Positions 58,541 through 58,557 of a stretch of 58,557 bases of DNA are shown in pieces (position 1 is the first letter of the stretch; every line of letters begins with the position of its first letter). The position numbers were made by a program, and so were the translations under genes. Location: UHGV virus genome UHGV-0155918; one strand, 5' to 3'. This stretch comes from a virus. The notes under the pieces were generated by a model, which was not told the origin of the DNA, ran no database searches, and saw only the letters and a list, made by a program, of their open reading frames with translations.

Positions 58541-58557
58541 AAAAATTGAAAGAATGG

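Overview
The window is a complete, or essentially complete, 58.6-kb temperate siphovirus genome of a Clostridia host; sigma-A promoters, a Firmicute SOS box and gene content suggest Lachnospiraceae (inference). It is given in its excised/circular form, opened inside attP: integrase and arm repeats lie at the right end, and a tRNA-Glu 3'-end core plus arm repeats lie at the left end. Gene order: (i) a Gln/Asn/Met/Cys-rich accessory operon of unknown function (292-3676); (ii) a divergent cluster of small ORFs rich in structured RNA, including a type II hammerhead ribozyme, T-arm minihelices, a duplicated 52-bp promoter/operator and a two-domain candidate ncRNA; (iii) probable terS, MazG and a tRNA/tRNA-like cluster; (iv) terL, portal, capsid and tail genes with interspersed lysis genes; (v) a tape-measure gene split by a group I intron carrying a GIY-YIG endonuclease; (vi) a tail fibre with an invertible C-terminal cassette but no adjacent invertase; (vii) an immunity region with a repressor lacking a peptidase domain and a LexA-boxed 38-aa candidate antirepressor; (viii) recombination/replication genes, a PAPS-reductase-family gene frameshifted at an (ACAG)9 microsatellite, a C5 methyltransferase, a GerE/LuxR-like HTH and the integrase. 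All calls come from reading the sequence and recognising motifs; no database search was run.
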